A model generated the notes under the pieces. That model was not told the origin of the DNA and made no database searches. It saw only the letters and a program-made list of their open reading frames with translations. Made by a program: the position numbers and the translations under genes. Below, in pieces: positions 25,274 through 34,469 of a stretch of 37,239 bases of DNA. Position 1 is the first letter of the stretch; each line of letters opens with the position of its first letter. Source of the DNA: a virus (taxonomy: Duplodnaviria; Caudoviricetes); IMG/VR virus record IMGVR_UViG_3300017911_002528, positions 1 to 37,239 of that record; one strand, written 5' to 3'.

Positions 25274-28200
25274 CAAGCGAAGTTGATATTTTTGAGTCTG
25301 ATCATTTGACTCATGTTTCTAATTATAGCGGAGTGTTTGATCCTGGCGCAAGTTATCAAAAGTTTGATTTTGTATATAATACAGGAGATGGATTGTTTTA
25401 TTATGCGCGAGATGATATGGCGCAAGGAGGAAATATTGTTGTTGAGGGAGGTTATCGATTTACATTAGATCCAAATGGATCAACATATAATGGTTCGCCA
25501 ACTCATTATATATACGACGAATCGAACGATAGTCAAAATTTTAGTGTTGGCCAAACTTTGAATATATCTGGATCATTGAATGGTTCGGATGGAGAGTATA
25601 ATATACTGAGTGTTGAGGAAAATTATGAAGTTGAAATTATATTACCCGCGGAAAATAATTTGCTTTCTGTGCTTGATGTACAAAGCTTGGATAATGATTG
25701 GTATGAATCTTCGTGGTTCTTTAAAGCTAATATAGGCGAAACAAATTCTATTAATGTACCTCAGTTTTATGCGCCCAATGGAAATTGGATTTACAGTATT
25801 TTTTGGGGATGGATATATGTATCGTTGTCTAACAATAATGAAAAAGAGTTTTGGTTTTATTCTGAAATTGGTGGCGGTATGTGGTTTTGGGCTTCCAATC
25901 AATTTCTTGGATCTTCAAATGTTGACTCAAACTCTTTTATATATCTCGGAGAATCGGGAGATTCTACACTCGGTCCAAATGGGTGGCTAGAGTGGTTTGG
26001 TGTTGAGCTATTTCAGGTCAATAAAGATCATACATATTATCCTTTTGAGCTTGATGGTGGTTACACGCAAGCAATTGTATATCTTGGCAGTCAACAAGAT
26101 GCTAATATTGTAACTTCATCATGGAATGATGGATCTTTATCTATTAGCGAACAACAATATTCTGCTCTTCCCGAGTATACTCAATTTAAAAGAAGGGGAT
26201 CTATAAAATGGTTGATTCTTGGAAAGGATGCGTTTGTTGTCGGGTACAAAGCATTAATCAAAAACAATTCTAATAATAAATTTTATGGTTTTACTGTAAG
26301 CAATTCTTTTGAAGAAATTGATGATCCTTCTGTTGTTGCTAATGTTCCTCCAACGGTAACATTGCCTGATAGAGTTGAGTCCCCAAAAAAATTAAAGATA
26401 GAAATTCAAGGGGTAAACACATCAACAACCATAAAAGAATATGAAGCATACAGCGAAAATCTACTGTCCATATCAACCGTTGATAAAGATATAACAAACA
26501 ATCCAGATAATTGGTCGAAAGATTTGTTTTTCTTTGATGCGGATTACGGAAGCACAGTAAATTTTCGCACAAACAATCATAAATATGAATACGGCAATGG
26601 ATATTATATTCTGCAGCCAAAAAATATAAATAGCATAACGATGGAAGTGAGTTTGAAATTCAAAAACCGCACCAATCGTGAAACAAATGCAATGATACAT
26701 TTTCTTGAAAATCATCAAGGTCAGCACGAGCAATACGATAACACAGCTAATCTTAGATACAATCAAGGAATTGCTGGTTTTAGGTGGGACGGAAATGCTA
26801 CATTTCATCCATACGATTCGACGGAAGTTCAATCAAAAAAGTTTACATCTAGCGAATGGAATCATAGTTTAAATTTTGAAAACAGTAATGACATTGATGT
26901 CAAAATAACAAATCTTGATTCATCTATACTGCAAAAAAATAGTGGACTATTTGTTTATCCCGCTGAAGAATATTCGAATTCAGAATATTATGAAAAAAAT
27001 GATATTGTTTATAGTTCTGTAAATAAAGATTTTTATTATTGGAGTGGAGATGCTAGCGCTGCCGGAAAAGATCCCGTTGAGGCTCAAGCAAATTGGACCC
27101 GCGAACATGGATATTTTAAAGACACTCATACAGAATATTGGACGCGAGATTTCTTCTGGAAGCCATCTATTGGTTTGAATGTAAATCAAAAACCTCGACT
27201 GAGTCAGATTGCATTGGGTGCAGGATATACTCAAACATTTAATGATGGAATAAATGAAAGTTTATTGATTCTTGATTTGAATTTTAATAATCGAACTGAT
27301 TCTGAGGCGCGAGTAATACTTCATTTTTTGGAGCAGCATTATGGTTGCATACCTTTTAATTTTACTCCGCCTGCACCTTATGATACTTCGCAGAATTTTG
27401 TGTGCCAAGAATGGAGCCACACATACAACTATAAAAACAATCATAGTATCACAGCTAAATTCGAACAGTATCCGTTTAATTTTAGCGCACAACAATATGA
27501 AAGCTCTATAACTCCATCTCCAGAAGCTGAGGGAGAGCTTGTTTTTACTTCTCCGTTTGTTATGAAAGTGAAAGATGTTGGCGAGGAACTTGGTATTGAT
27601 ACAAATTTTAGAGGAAGATTGTTGTTGAGGAATATTGGTGACAAATCAATAACTTTAGAAAATGCGTTTTTGATTAATAAACTGAATGGTCAAGTATCTT
27701 TGGGAGGAGATCCTAGGAACAGATTGCAGGGAATAGATACTAGTTTTTTAAGAGATCTTAACGTTGGAGATAAAATAAGGGCAAATGATGAAATTTTCAC
27801 TATAAATTCCATAGAAAGTAATACTTTGTTGATATTGAATGAAAGTCATCCAACTGGATTTGGAAATACAGAAATTTATTCTGTTTCTGCAGATAGTAAT
27901 GATTTTTATATACTTGGGCAACAAAATGATAATGTTCCGTTGATCAAGAAAAATTTACCTTCCTCTAGTAGAGAGATTGATCTTCCTGATCAAAGTTCTG
28001 GTGTTAATTTGAGTAACGCAGATGAAACAATAAATTTGTATAATAAAAAAATACGCCTTAGAAAAGCATTTACTGAGGGAATCGAGGGTGGATATATTTT
28101 TGATGTTGTTGAGGTCGGCGGCCAATCTTTTATTCAGTATAACAATGGAGTGATTAGAGATTTGTCAAACAAAAACATAACTCTTGAAACTGATTATTTC

Positions 28201-28533
28201 ATAAATGAAGAATTTATTAAAAACGCAAACAATATAACGAACGTTTTAAGTGGCGGCGAAGAGTCGTATATAGAGATTGTATTTAAGGGTGTAAAACAAT
28301 CGGATTTGATTTATAATTTATTGTACATGACTGAACCTGTAAGAGATGCACAAGGCTCTATAATTACTTCAAGCGAAGAAGGTGGCGCGCTTTTGGGTGA
28401 TGATTTGAGTGGTGGAAGTTTTGATATAATAGGCACAGAAACTAGTAGGTATTATTCTACATCAATAGTTGTTGATAGTGATTCTCTGTATGGATCAAAG
28501 AGTGGTGAGATTAAAATATATATAAACACATAA
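25270..28533 (+). CDS. Distal tail protein with two lambda gpM-like domains and accessory domains
   Basis: Two copies of FF....G.GY......IN......L.F.NRT..E.....HFLE.H.G at ~26527-26913 and ~27151-27468; Trp-rich module near the N-terminus. Confidence 0.75.
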   Translation: MTSEVDIFESDHLTHVSNYSGVFDPGASYQKFDFVYNTGDGLFYYARDDMAQGGNIVVEGGYRFTLDPNGSTYNGSPTHYIYDESNDSQNFSVGQTLNISGSLNGSDGEYNILSVEENYEVEIILPAENNLLSVLDVQSLDNDWYESSWFFKANIGETNSINVPQFYAPNGNWIYSIFWGWIYVSLSNNNEKEFWFYSEIGGGMWFWASNQFLGSSNVDSNSFIYLGESGDSTLGPNGWLEWFGVELFQVNKDHTYYPFELDGGYTQAIVYLGSQQDANIVTSSWNDGSLSISEQQYSALPEYTQFKRRGSIKWLILGKDAFVVGYKALIKNNSNNKFYGFTVSNSFEEIDDPSVVANVPPTVTLPDRVESPKKLKIEIQGVNTSTTIKEYEAYSENLLSISTVDKDITNNPDNWSKDLFFFDADYGSTVNFRTNNHKYEYGNGYYILQPKNINSITMEVSLKFKNRTNRETNAMIHFLENHQGQHEQYDNTANLRYNQGIAGFRWDGNATFHPYDSTEVQSKKFTSSEWNHSLNFENSNDIDVKITNLDSSILQKNSGLFVYPAEEYSNSEYYEKNDIVYSSVNKDFYYWSGDASAAGKDPVEAQANWTREHGYFKDTHTEYWTRDFFWKPSIGLNVNQKPRLSQIALGAGYTQTFNDGINESLLILDLNFNNRTDSEARVILHFLEQHYGCIPFNFTPPAPYDTSQNFVCQEWSHTYNYKNNHSITAKFEQYPFNFSAQQYESSITPSPEAEGELVFTSPFVMKVKDVGEELGIDTNFRGRLLLRNIGDKSITLENAFLINKLNGQVSLGGDPRNRLQGIDTSFLRDLNVGDKIRANDEIFTINSIESNTLLILNESHPTGFGNTEIYSVSADSNDFYILGQQNDNVPLIKKNLPSSSREIDLPDQSSGVNLSNADETINLYNKKIRLRKAFTEGIEGGYIFDVVEVGGQSFIQYNNGVIRDLSNKNITLETDYFINEEFIKNANNITNVLSGGEESYIEIVFKGVKQSDLIYNLLYMTEPVRDAQGSIITSSEEGGALLGDDLSGGSFDIIGTETSRYYSTSIVVDSDSLYGSKSGEIKIYINT

Positions 28534-28534
28534 A

Positions 28535-29620
28535 ATGGCCAAGTCGCAAGCAAATTTAAACAAGCAATTGATATCATTAACTCCTGATGCTTTGATTGAT
28601 TTGTATGAAATTGATTTTAGTAACTTGCAGCCAAATTTTGAAGAATTAAAAGATTTGTATGGCATAAATATTGGAGCAGATACTGTGTATAGATTTTGCC
28701 CAATGATCAATGGAACAAATCCAATTGTATGGCAAGGTTATTCATATCAACCTCTTCCGATCAAGGTTGATGGTTTTGAAAATAAATCTGATGGACGACT
28801 TCCAAGGCCCAAACTTACTATTGCTAATCCTGAAGGATTGTTTTCTAAGATAGTTCATTCAAATCAAGACTTTGCAAATTGCAAGGTCACAAGAAAAAGA
28901 ACTTATGCACGATTTCTTGATTCAGAAAACTTTCCACAAGGAGTTAATCCTTTTGGTGTGTCTGATCAAAATTCTCATCTGATTGATGATGTATATTTTA
29001 TAAACAATAAAACTGCAGAAAATAAAAATTTTATTGAATTTGAATTGGTATCTGCACTTGAGCTAGAAGAATCTTATGTGCCAGCAAGGGTTGTTTTGTC
29101 TGGATATTGTAATTTTACGTACAGATGTTCAATTGGATGCGGATACAAAGGGTTGCCGATTGAGACTTCTGGCGGACAAAGTTTGATACAGGGTTTTGCC
29201 GTAAACAAACAAAAAAACAGCGAGGGTAATTATGAACTTGGGAGGGTTTCATCTTCTGCTTCGATAGAAAACTGGCACAAATACGGACCCAATAAAAATT
29301 CAGAAAACGTTTCTGGTTATAACTTGGGGGATGTGGTGCAAATTGTTCCCCGAAATTCAAACAATCCATACAAATCTACACCGCATGTTTTTGTTTGTGT
29401 GCAAAGTCATTCTGATCCATCCAAACATCATCCATTTTTTGCCAAAGATTATTGGTTAAAGGATGCTTGCGCGAAAACAATTGATGCATGCAAAAAAAGA
29501 TTTTCTGATACAATAGAACATCCCTCTGGTATTGATATTTCTTTGCACAATGAAAGCTTCGGGTCCAAAGGTATTAGATTTGGAGGGTTTCCTGGTACAG
29601 AGAAATTTCCAATTGAATAA
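28535..29620 (+). CDS. Lambda gpL-like minor tail protein
   Basis: IDLYEID, WQG..YQPLPI...GFE...GRLPRPKLT, FEL.S.LE, CNFTYR...CGY, DACAK...CKKRF, FGGFPG. Confidence 0.9.
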   Translation: MAKSQANLNKQLISLTPDALIDLYEIDFSNLQPNFEELKDLYGINIGADTVYRFCPMINGTNPIVWQGYSYQPLPIKVDGFENKSDGRLPRPKLTIANPEGLFSKIVHSNQDFANCKVTRKRTYARFLDSENFPQGVNPFGVSDQNSHLIDDVYFINNKTAENKNFIEFELVSALELEESYVPARVVLSGYCNFTYRCSIGCGYKGLPIETSGGQSLIQGFAVNKQKNSEGNYELGRVSSSASIENWHKYGPNKNSENVSGYNLGDVVQIVPRNSNNPYKSTPHVFVCVQSHSDPSKHHPFFAKDYWLKDACAKTIDACKKRFSDTIEHPSGIDISLHNESFGSKGIRFGGFPGTEKFPIE

Positions 29621-29945
29621 AATACGTCAAAATATACTTGAACAAATAAAAAATTATTGCCGCAAAAATCCTGACATAGAGTGTTGTGGTGTTGTGCATT
29701 GTGAAAATGAACAATTGTCGTTTTTAGAATGCGAAAATATCAGCGATAATCCAACTTGTAATTTTGTTATAGATCCGGTAATATTGATTGATTATGATGT
29801 AGAATATATTGTGCATTCTCATCCAGTGGGATCTTCTCAACCAAGCACAAATGACATTCGAAATTCTGATGAATCATGCATACCATATCTTATATATAGT
29901 ATAAGGGATAATGACTTTTACTTATACGAAAATATAAGTGTATAA
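29613..29945 (+). CDS. Lambda gpK-like JAB/MPN metalloprotease domain, without NlpC/P60
   Basis: ECCG...HSHP.....PS.ND JAMM motif; likely start TTG 29613 overlapping the gpL stop. Confidence 0.85.
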   Translation: MNKIRQNILEQIKNYCRKNPDIECCGVVHCENEQLSFLECENISDNPTCNFVIDPVILIDYDVEYIVHSHPVGSSQPSTNDIRNSDESCIPYLIYSIRDNDFYLYENISV

Positions 29946-29962
29946 CTATACAAGGTTTAAGG
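29936..29962 (+). promoter_or_regulatory. AAGTGTAT motif and AAGGTTTAAGG leader of the I-J fusion gene
   Basis: Same layout as the TMP leader; 4 nt to GTG 29967. Confidence 0.5.
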
Positions 29963-29966
29963 TAAA

Positions 29967-32900
29967 GTGAAAACGGTATATCTACATGGAAAGCTAGGCA
30001 AGCGCTTTGGTAAAAAGTGGAAACTTGCTGTGGATAGTGCGCAAGAAGCATACGCCGCCATCGAAGCAAATAACGAAGGCTTTTTTGATTACATATTCAA
30101 TGCTGCAAAAAATGGTACCGAATATATCGCTTTATCAAAAGATCCAAAATCTATAAAAGATGAAAATGATTTGCGCGAAAATATAATTGATGAAAAATTA
30201 TCAAAAGTAAATTTAAAGCAAAAAGAAATACATGTGTTGAATCCGATTAGTGGATCTGGGCCTGCTGCCGGAATATTCGCATTGTTTACCGCAACGGGCG
30301 GCTTGACTACTCTTGGTATGATTGTTGTTACTACAGCAGTCAGTTTTGCAATGCAAGCCCTAACCAAGCCTCCAAAACCACCCGAGCGAAAAGACCCAAT
30401 TTCAACAAAATCCTTTCTGCTTGCAGGTGCAAGCACTCGACAAGCTCAAGGAATAGCTGTGCCTGTTGGTTATGGTCGTTTGAAAATCGGCGCAACAAAC
30501 GTTGCAACCAGAAAAACAAGCAAAAAACTTACTGATTCAGCAAAAGCTAAAACCTTGGAAAGTTATACCGAGATGGAGTTTGTGGATTTACTTTCTGAGG
30601 GTCCAATACATGGATTTGTTGATAAATATGGAGTAACATTGCCATCTGATGATATTTTTGAAGCTGTGTATGTTAATGATGTACAGGTAAGAAATTCTCC
30701 GGCTCCAGGGCAAGATGTTGGTTCTTACAATTATGTATTGAATGAAAATCAAGACAACCGATCGGGCAAACCAGATCATAAGCTTGGCGCAGAAGATGAA
30801 AGTAAAATACTAAGCGAAGGCGTTTTTTACATAAAAGAATATGATACTTTGATATATGGTCCGCCTCCGTATGGAAAATTAAGATATGGTATTCAAGGAG
30901 CAATAGATAATGACGCAAAAGTTTTTTCTCATTTTGTTAATAATTCGGCAGTAAATGAGGTTACTTTTTCATTTCGAGCAGAAATATCAAGCCAGGCAGA
31001 TGACGGAAAGGTAAATGTTAATAGCGTTGCGTTTGCGATATTGATATCTACACGGAATGGAGATTATAATGTATTAGAACCAAACAGTTCTGGATGTAAA
31101 ATTAAAAGAGTTGGCGATGGAGTTGAACTAAAAGAAGAATTTGAAACAAATTATGAAGATCAAGCGCATTTTGTTTTATCTGGAATAGCTACGTCTGCTT
31201 ATCAATTTGATATAACAATAGAAATAGATAGAACTTATGATTCTTCTAATACAAGTGATGGTATAACGTTTAAGGTGATAAAACTTAGTCCTGAATATGA
31301 TCCATCAGTCAAGGGTGATGATTTCGGTGGGGTAGCCAGAACTCGAAGGCTACAGCTCGCACATATAGAAGAAAAAATAAGTGAAAACCTAATATACCCT
31401 CACAGTGCAATGACAAGAATTGTTATAGATAGTAAAAACTTCTCGCAAGCTCCAGATCGATCATATCATGTGAAATTAAAAAAAGTACTTGTTCCTTCAA
31501 ATTATGATCCAGTATCTAGAAAATATGAAGGACCATGGAATGGACTGTTTAAAGGGCAAACAGGATCTGATATGTCAATTCATACTGTACCAGATTCAGA
31601 AAAATATTGGACAGACAATCCAGCTTGGATATTTTTTGATCTTTTACATAATGCTAGATATGGTGTTGGTAAGTATGGGTTAGAGGAAGAAAATATCGAT
31701 AAGTGGCAACTTTATAAAATAGCAAAATATTGTGATGAGTTGGTTGAGACAGATTATCCAATTGAAACATCCAATGGACAACCTCAGCCTTTTGTGTGTG
31801 ATAATATAGTGATTGAAAATACAGATCCAACGCAAATGGAAATAAGAATCATGCAAATAGAAGGTAAAGAAACTGAATATCAGGCTATTGATTCTACGAA
31901 CAGTTATACGCTTAAATCTTTTGATGGTTCTACTGAGGAAGATAAGGCGCTTAGAAGGCAACTTTTCGTTTCTTATTTTGGGGATGATAAAACATTTGCA
32001 GGAAAAAAGGTTGCATTTTTTATACATCAATCAACTACCGACTTGAGTGATGGCGAGAAAGCATATCGATCTGCCGCAAGAGAGGGTGAGTTTACAATTG
32101 AAGAAAGAGTTATAATAAGTTCCAATCCAGACTCTTTTACTGTTATTGTATCTGGTCCAAAATTTGCAACTGGGACAACGGTTGGTGCATGTGCAACACA
32201 AATAAATCATCCAACAGTAGAGCCAAGATTTTCTGCTAATTTATATCTTACTGATCGGGCAGAAGCTTTTGAGGTGATAAAAAATCTTGCATCTATGTTT
32301 CGAGGAATGAGCGCATATTCTGGTGGAAAAATATTAGCTGTACAGGATTCAATAAAACATCCAATACAATTATTCAATAGTTCAAATATAAATAAGGATG
32401 GGTTTACTTATGTTGGCGTGCAGAAAAATAAAAAAATAACCGCATGTATGGTTAGATTTAATAATGAAGCGAAAAATTATAAGCCCGATTTGGTTTATGA
32501 AGAGGATGCTGATGCTATACAAAAATTTGGATATATAGAAAATGAAACAATGGGGCTTGGTATAACATCAGAAAGTCAAGCTCGTAGATTTGCGAAGTGG
32601 ATACTTTTAACATCTCAACTTGAAACAGAAAGCGTTAAGTTTACTGCTGGACAAGAAGCTTCGTACTTGTTTCCTGGTTCGGTGTTTGAGATTTCTGACG
32701 AAACGAGGGTTGGTAAAAGTAAAAGTGGAAGAATATTAGATATTGGGTCTTCGCGGGAATTAAAGTTAAACGAACAAACTTTTACCTACAATGATTCATA
32801 CATTTTGCTTGATAAATCTATACAAGATGATCCTGTATTATCTAAAGTAGAGTTGACTGTATGTATTGGAGCATCAAATTCAACACAAGAAAATCTAGAA

Positions 32901-34469
32901 TCAAGGGCTCCATCCGAAAATGATGCAGATGATCAAGATCAAGAAATGGAAAGTATTTTTACTCCTCAAATATATAAATTTGAAGCGCGAATTGGAAGAG
33001 CAGAAAATGTTAAAAAAGGCCCTCAAGGGCAAACAACTATAGCTTACAATTTGTTGCTCAAGATACCTTTTGATGTAGATTCGGAAAGTAATAGATTGAA
33101 GAAATTTGAACACGGATTTGAAACTGGCGATAAAATAATTTTTAAAAGTGATGGTGTTTTGCCGGGGGGATTAGATAAGACAAGAATATTTTTTGTTGTA
33201 AATGAAACAAAACATACTTTTCAAGTTTCGCTTGATAATCCAAATAGTAATAGTAATTATTCTGTGGTTAATGTACTAGATAAAGGTCGCGATTTTCTTT
33301 TGAACGAAGGTGGATTGCATTATTTTTGCTCGTATTCCGAAACAAATACAATCAATTCGGTTACTCAAGAAGCTTTAGATCAAATATCTATTGGTGTTCC
33401 ATATTCTATCAAGGGATTGATTTCCACTTCATCATCTGAGGAAATTGATTCTATTTCTCTAAAAAGCGCGCTGCAAATTGATGGAATCGTTTCTGATGGC
33501 TGGGCTTGGTCTGATATTTTTGGTCGTGTTTATATTGGAGCTGGGAACGAATTGATTTTCTCGCGACCATTAAATAGTTGGATCAATATTAAAAACCTGC
33601 TTGAGCAAGGAATTTCTGGAAATGCTTGGTTTTATTCTTATGGGCTTGGTTGGGTATGGATAAATCAAGTTGGAGAAAACTACTTTTGGTATATCCAGGA
33701 TGAGGGCGAATGGATTTTTGTAAAAAAATATTCAAAATTCTTTTATCGATACAACTCCGATACTTCTGGTATAAATATTGGATCAGTTAAAACAATATCA
33801 AACACAGATATATTTGTTAAAAATGTAATACAAAATGATGGTTATTATTTTTCATTGATTGAAGATTCTAATGAATACGATTCAAATGAACCTTCGGATG
33901 TTTTGGATGATTCAATTTCTGTGGTCAATCCTGGATTCAGGTCGACCGATATATCTGATATTGTTTCTGTTGATAAAGATGAATCGATTCAAGGATTTCA
34001 GAGCTTGAGGGTTGTTTTGAGTCAAGGTCATGGGCTTGATATATTAAAAAATAATGTTTTAACAATATCGGGTTTTACTAGCCCAAATACATCTCTAAAT
34101 CAATTATTGAATGATCGATGGGCAACTATTTTTGTGAATGATAATGTTGTTGAGTTGATAGATTCTAGTCAGGTTGCTCAATTGATTGATGGTGCGCAAA
34201 TACTGAGTCACGGATCCGTAAGTTTTGTGGAGTCTGCTACAAGTATAGTTGAAAGATATCTAGAGGGTCAAATGTTTAGAACTTTAAGCGTAAAAGAAAT
34301 TTCTGATAATCAATATGAAGTTACAGGTCTTGAATATAATGCTTCAAAATTTGATGCTGTTGATAAAAAAGGTATAATAAAGAAGCCGCATTTACCAATT
34401 CCTCCTCAAGCAGACATGAATATACCTGAAGCTCCAACACAATTAATACTTAATGATTTAACTGTATAA
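29967..34469 (+). CDS. Fusion of lambda gpI-like tail assembly protein and gpJ-like tip/central fibre protein
   Basis: MKTVYLHGKLGKRFG...EA..AIEAN and QGIAVPVGYGRL (gpI), then DLLSEGPIHG, YPHSA, WTDNPAWIFFDLL...YG, IDKWQLY.IAKYCDELV, EPRF, SQARR..KW.L.T (gpJ). Confidence 0.9.
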   Translation: MKTVYLHGKLGKRFGKKWKLAVDSAQEAYAAIEANNEGFFDYIFNAAKNGTEYIALSKDPKSIKDENDLRENIIDEKLSKVNLKQKEIHVLNPISGSGPAAGIFALFTATGGLTTLGMIVVTTAVSFAMQALTKPPKPPERKDPISTKSFLLAGASTRQAQGIAVPVGYGRLKIGATNVATRKTSKKLTDSAKAKTLESYTEMEFVDLLSEGPIHGFVDKYGVTLPSDDIFEAVYVNDVQVRNSPAPGQDVGSYNYVLNENQDNRSGKPDHKLGAEDESKILSEGVFYIKEYDTLIYGPPPYGKLRYGIQGAIDNDAKVFSHFVNNSAVNEVTFSFRAEISSQADDGKVNVNSVAFAILISTRNGDYNVLEPNSSGCKIKRVGDGVELKEEFETNYEDQAHFVLSGIATSAYQFDITIEIDRTYDSSNTSDGITFKVIKLSPEYDPSVKGDDFGGVARTRRLQLAHIEEKISENLIYPHSAMTRIVIDSKNFSQAPDRSYHVKLKKVLVPSNYDPVSRKYEGPWNGLFKGQTGSDMSIHTVPDSEKYWTDNPAWIFFDLLHNARYGVGKYGLEEENIDKWQLYKIAKYCDELVETDYPIETSNGQPQPFVCDNIVIENTDPTQMEIRIMQIEGKETEYQAIDSTNSYTLKSFDGSTEEDKALRRQLFVSYFGDDKTFAGKKVAFFIHQSTTDLSDGEKAYRSAAREGEFTIEERVIISSNPDSFTVIVSGPKFATGTTVGACATQINHPTVEPRFSANLYLTDRAEAFEVIKNLASMFRGMSAYSGGKILAVQDSIKHPIQLFNSSNINKDGFTYVGVQKNKKITACMVRFNNEAKNYKPDLVYEEDADAIQKFGYIENETMGLGITSESQARRFAKWILLTSQLETESVKFTAGQEASYLFPGSVFEISDETRVGKSKSGRILDIGSSRELKLNEQTFTYNDSYILLDKSIQDDPVLSKVELTVCIGASNSTQENLESRAPSENDADDQDQEMESIFTPQIYKFEARIGRAENVKKGPQGQTTIAYNLLLKIPFDVDSESNRLKKFEHGFETGDKIIFKSDGVLPGGLDKTRIFFVVNETKHTFQVSLDNPNSNSNYSVVNVLDKGRDFLLNEGGLHYFCSYSETNTINSVTQEALDQISIGVPYSIKGLISTSSSEEIDSISLKSALQIDGIVSDGWAWSDIFGRVYIGAGNELIFSRPLNSWINIKNLLEQGISGNAWFYSYGLGWVWINQVGENYFWYIQDEGEWIFVKKYSKFFYRYNSDTSGINIGSVKTISNTDIFVKNVIQNDGYYFSLIEDSNEYDSNEPSDVLDDSISVVNPGFRSTDISDIVSVDKDESIQGFQSLRVVLSQGHGLDILKNNVLTISGFTSPNTSLNQLLNDRWATIFVNDNVVELIDSSQVAQLIDGAQILSHGSVSFVESATSIVERYLEGQMFRTLSVKEISDNQYEVTGLEYNASKFDAVDKKGIIKKPHLPIPPQADMNIPEAPTQLILNDLTV

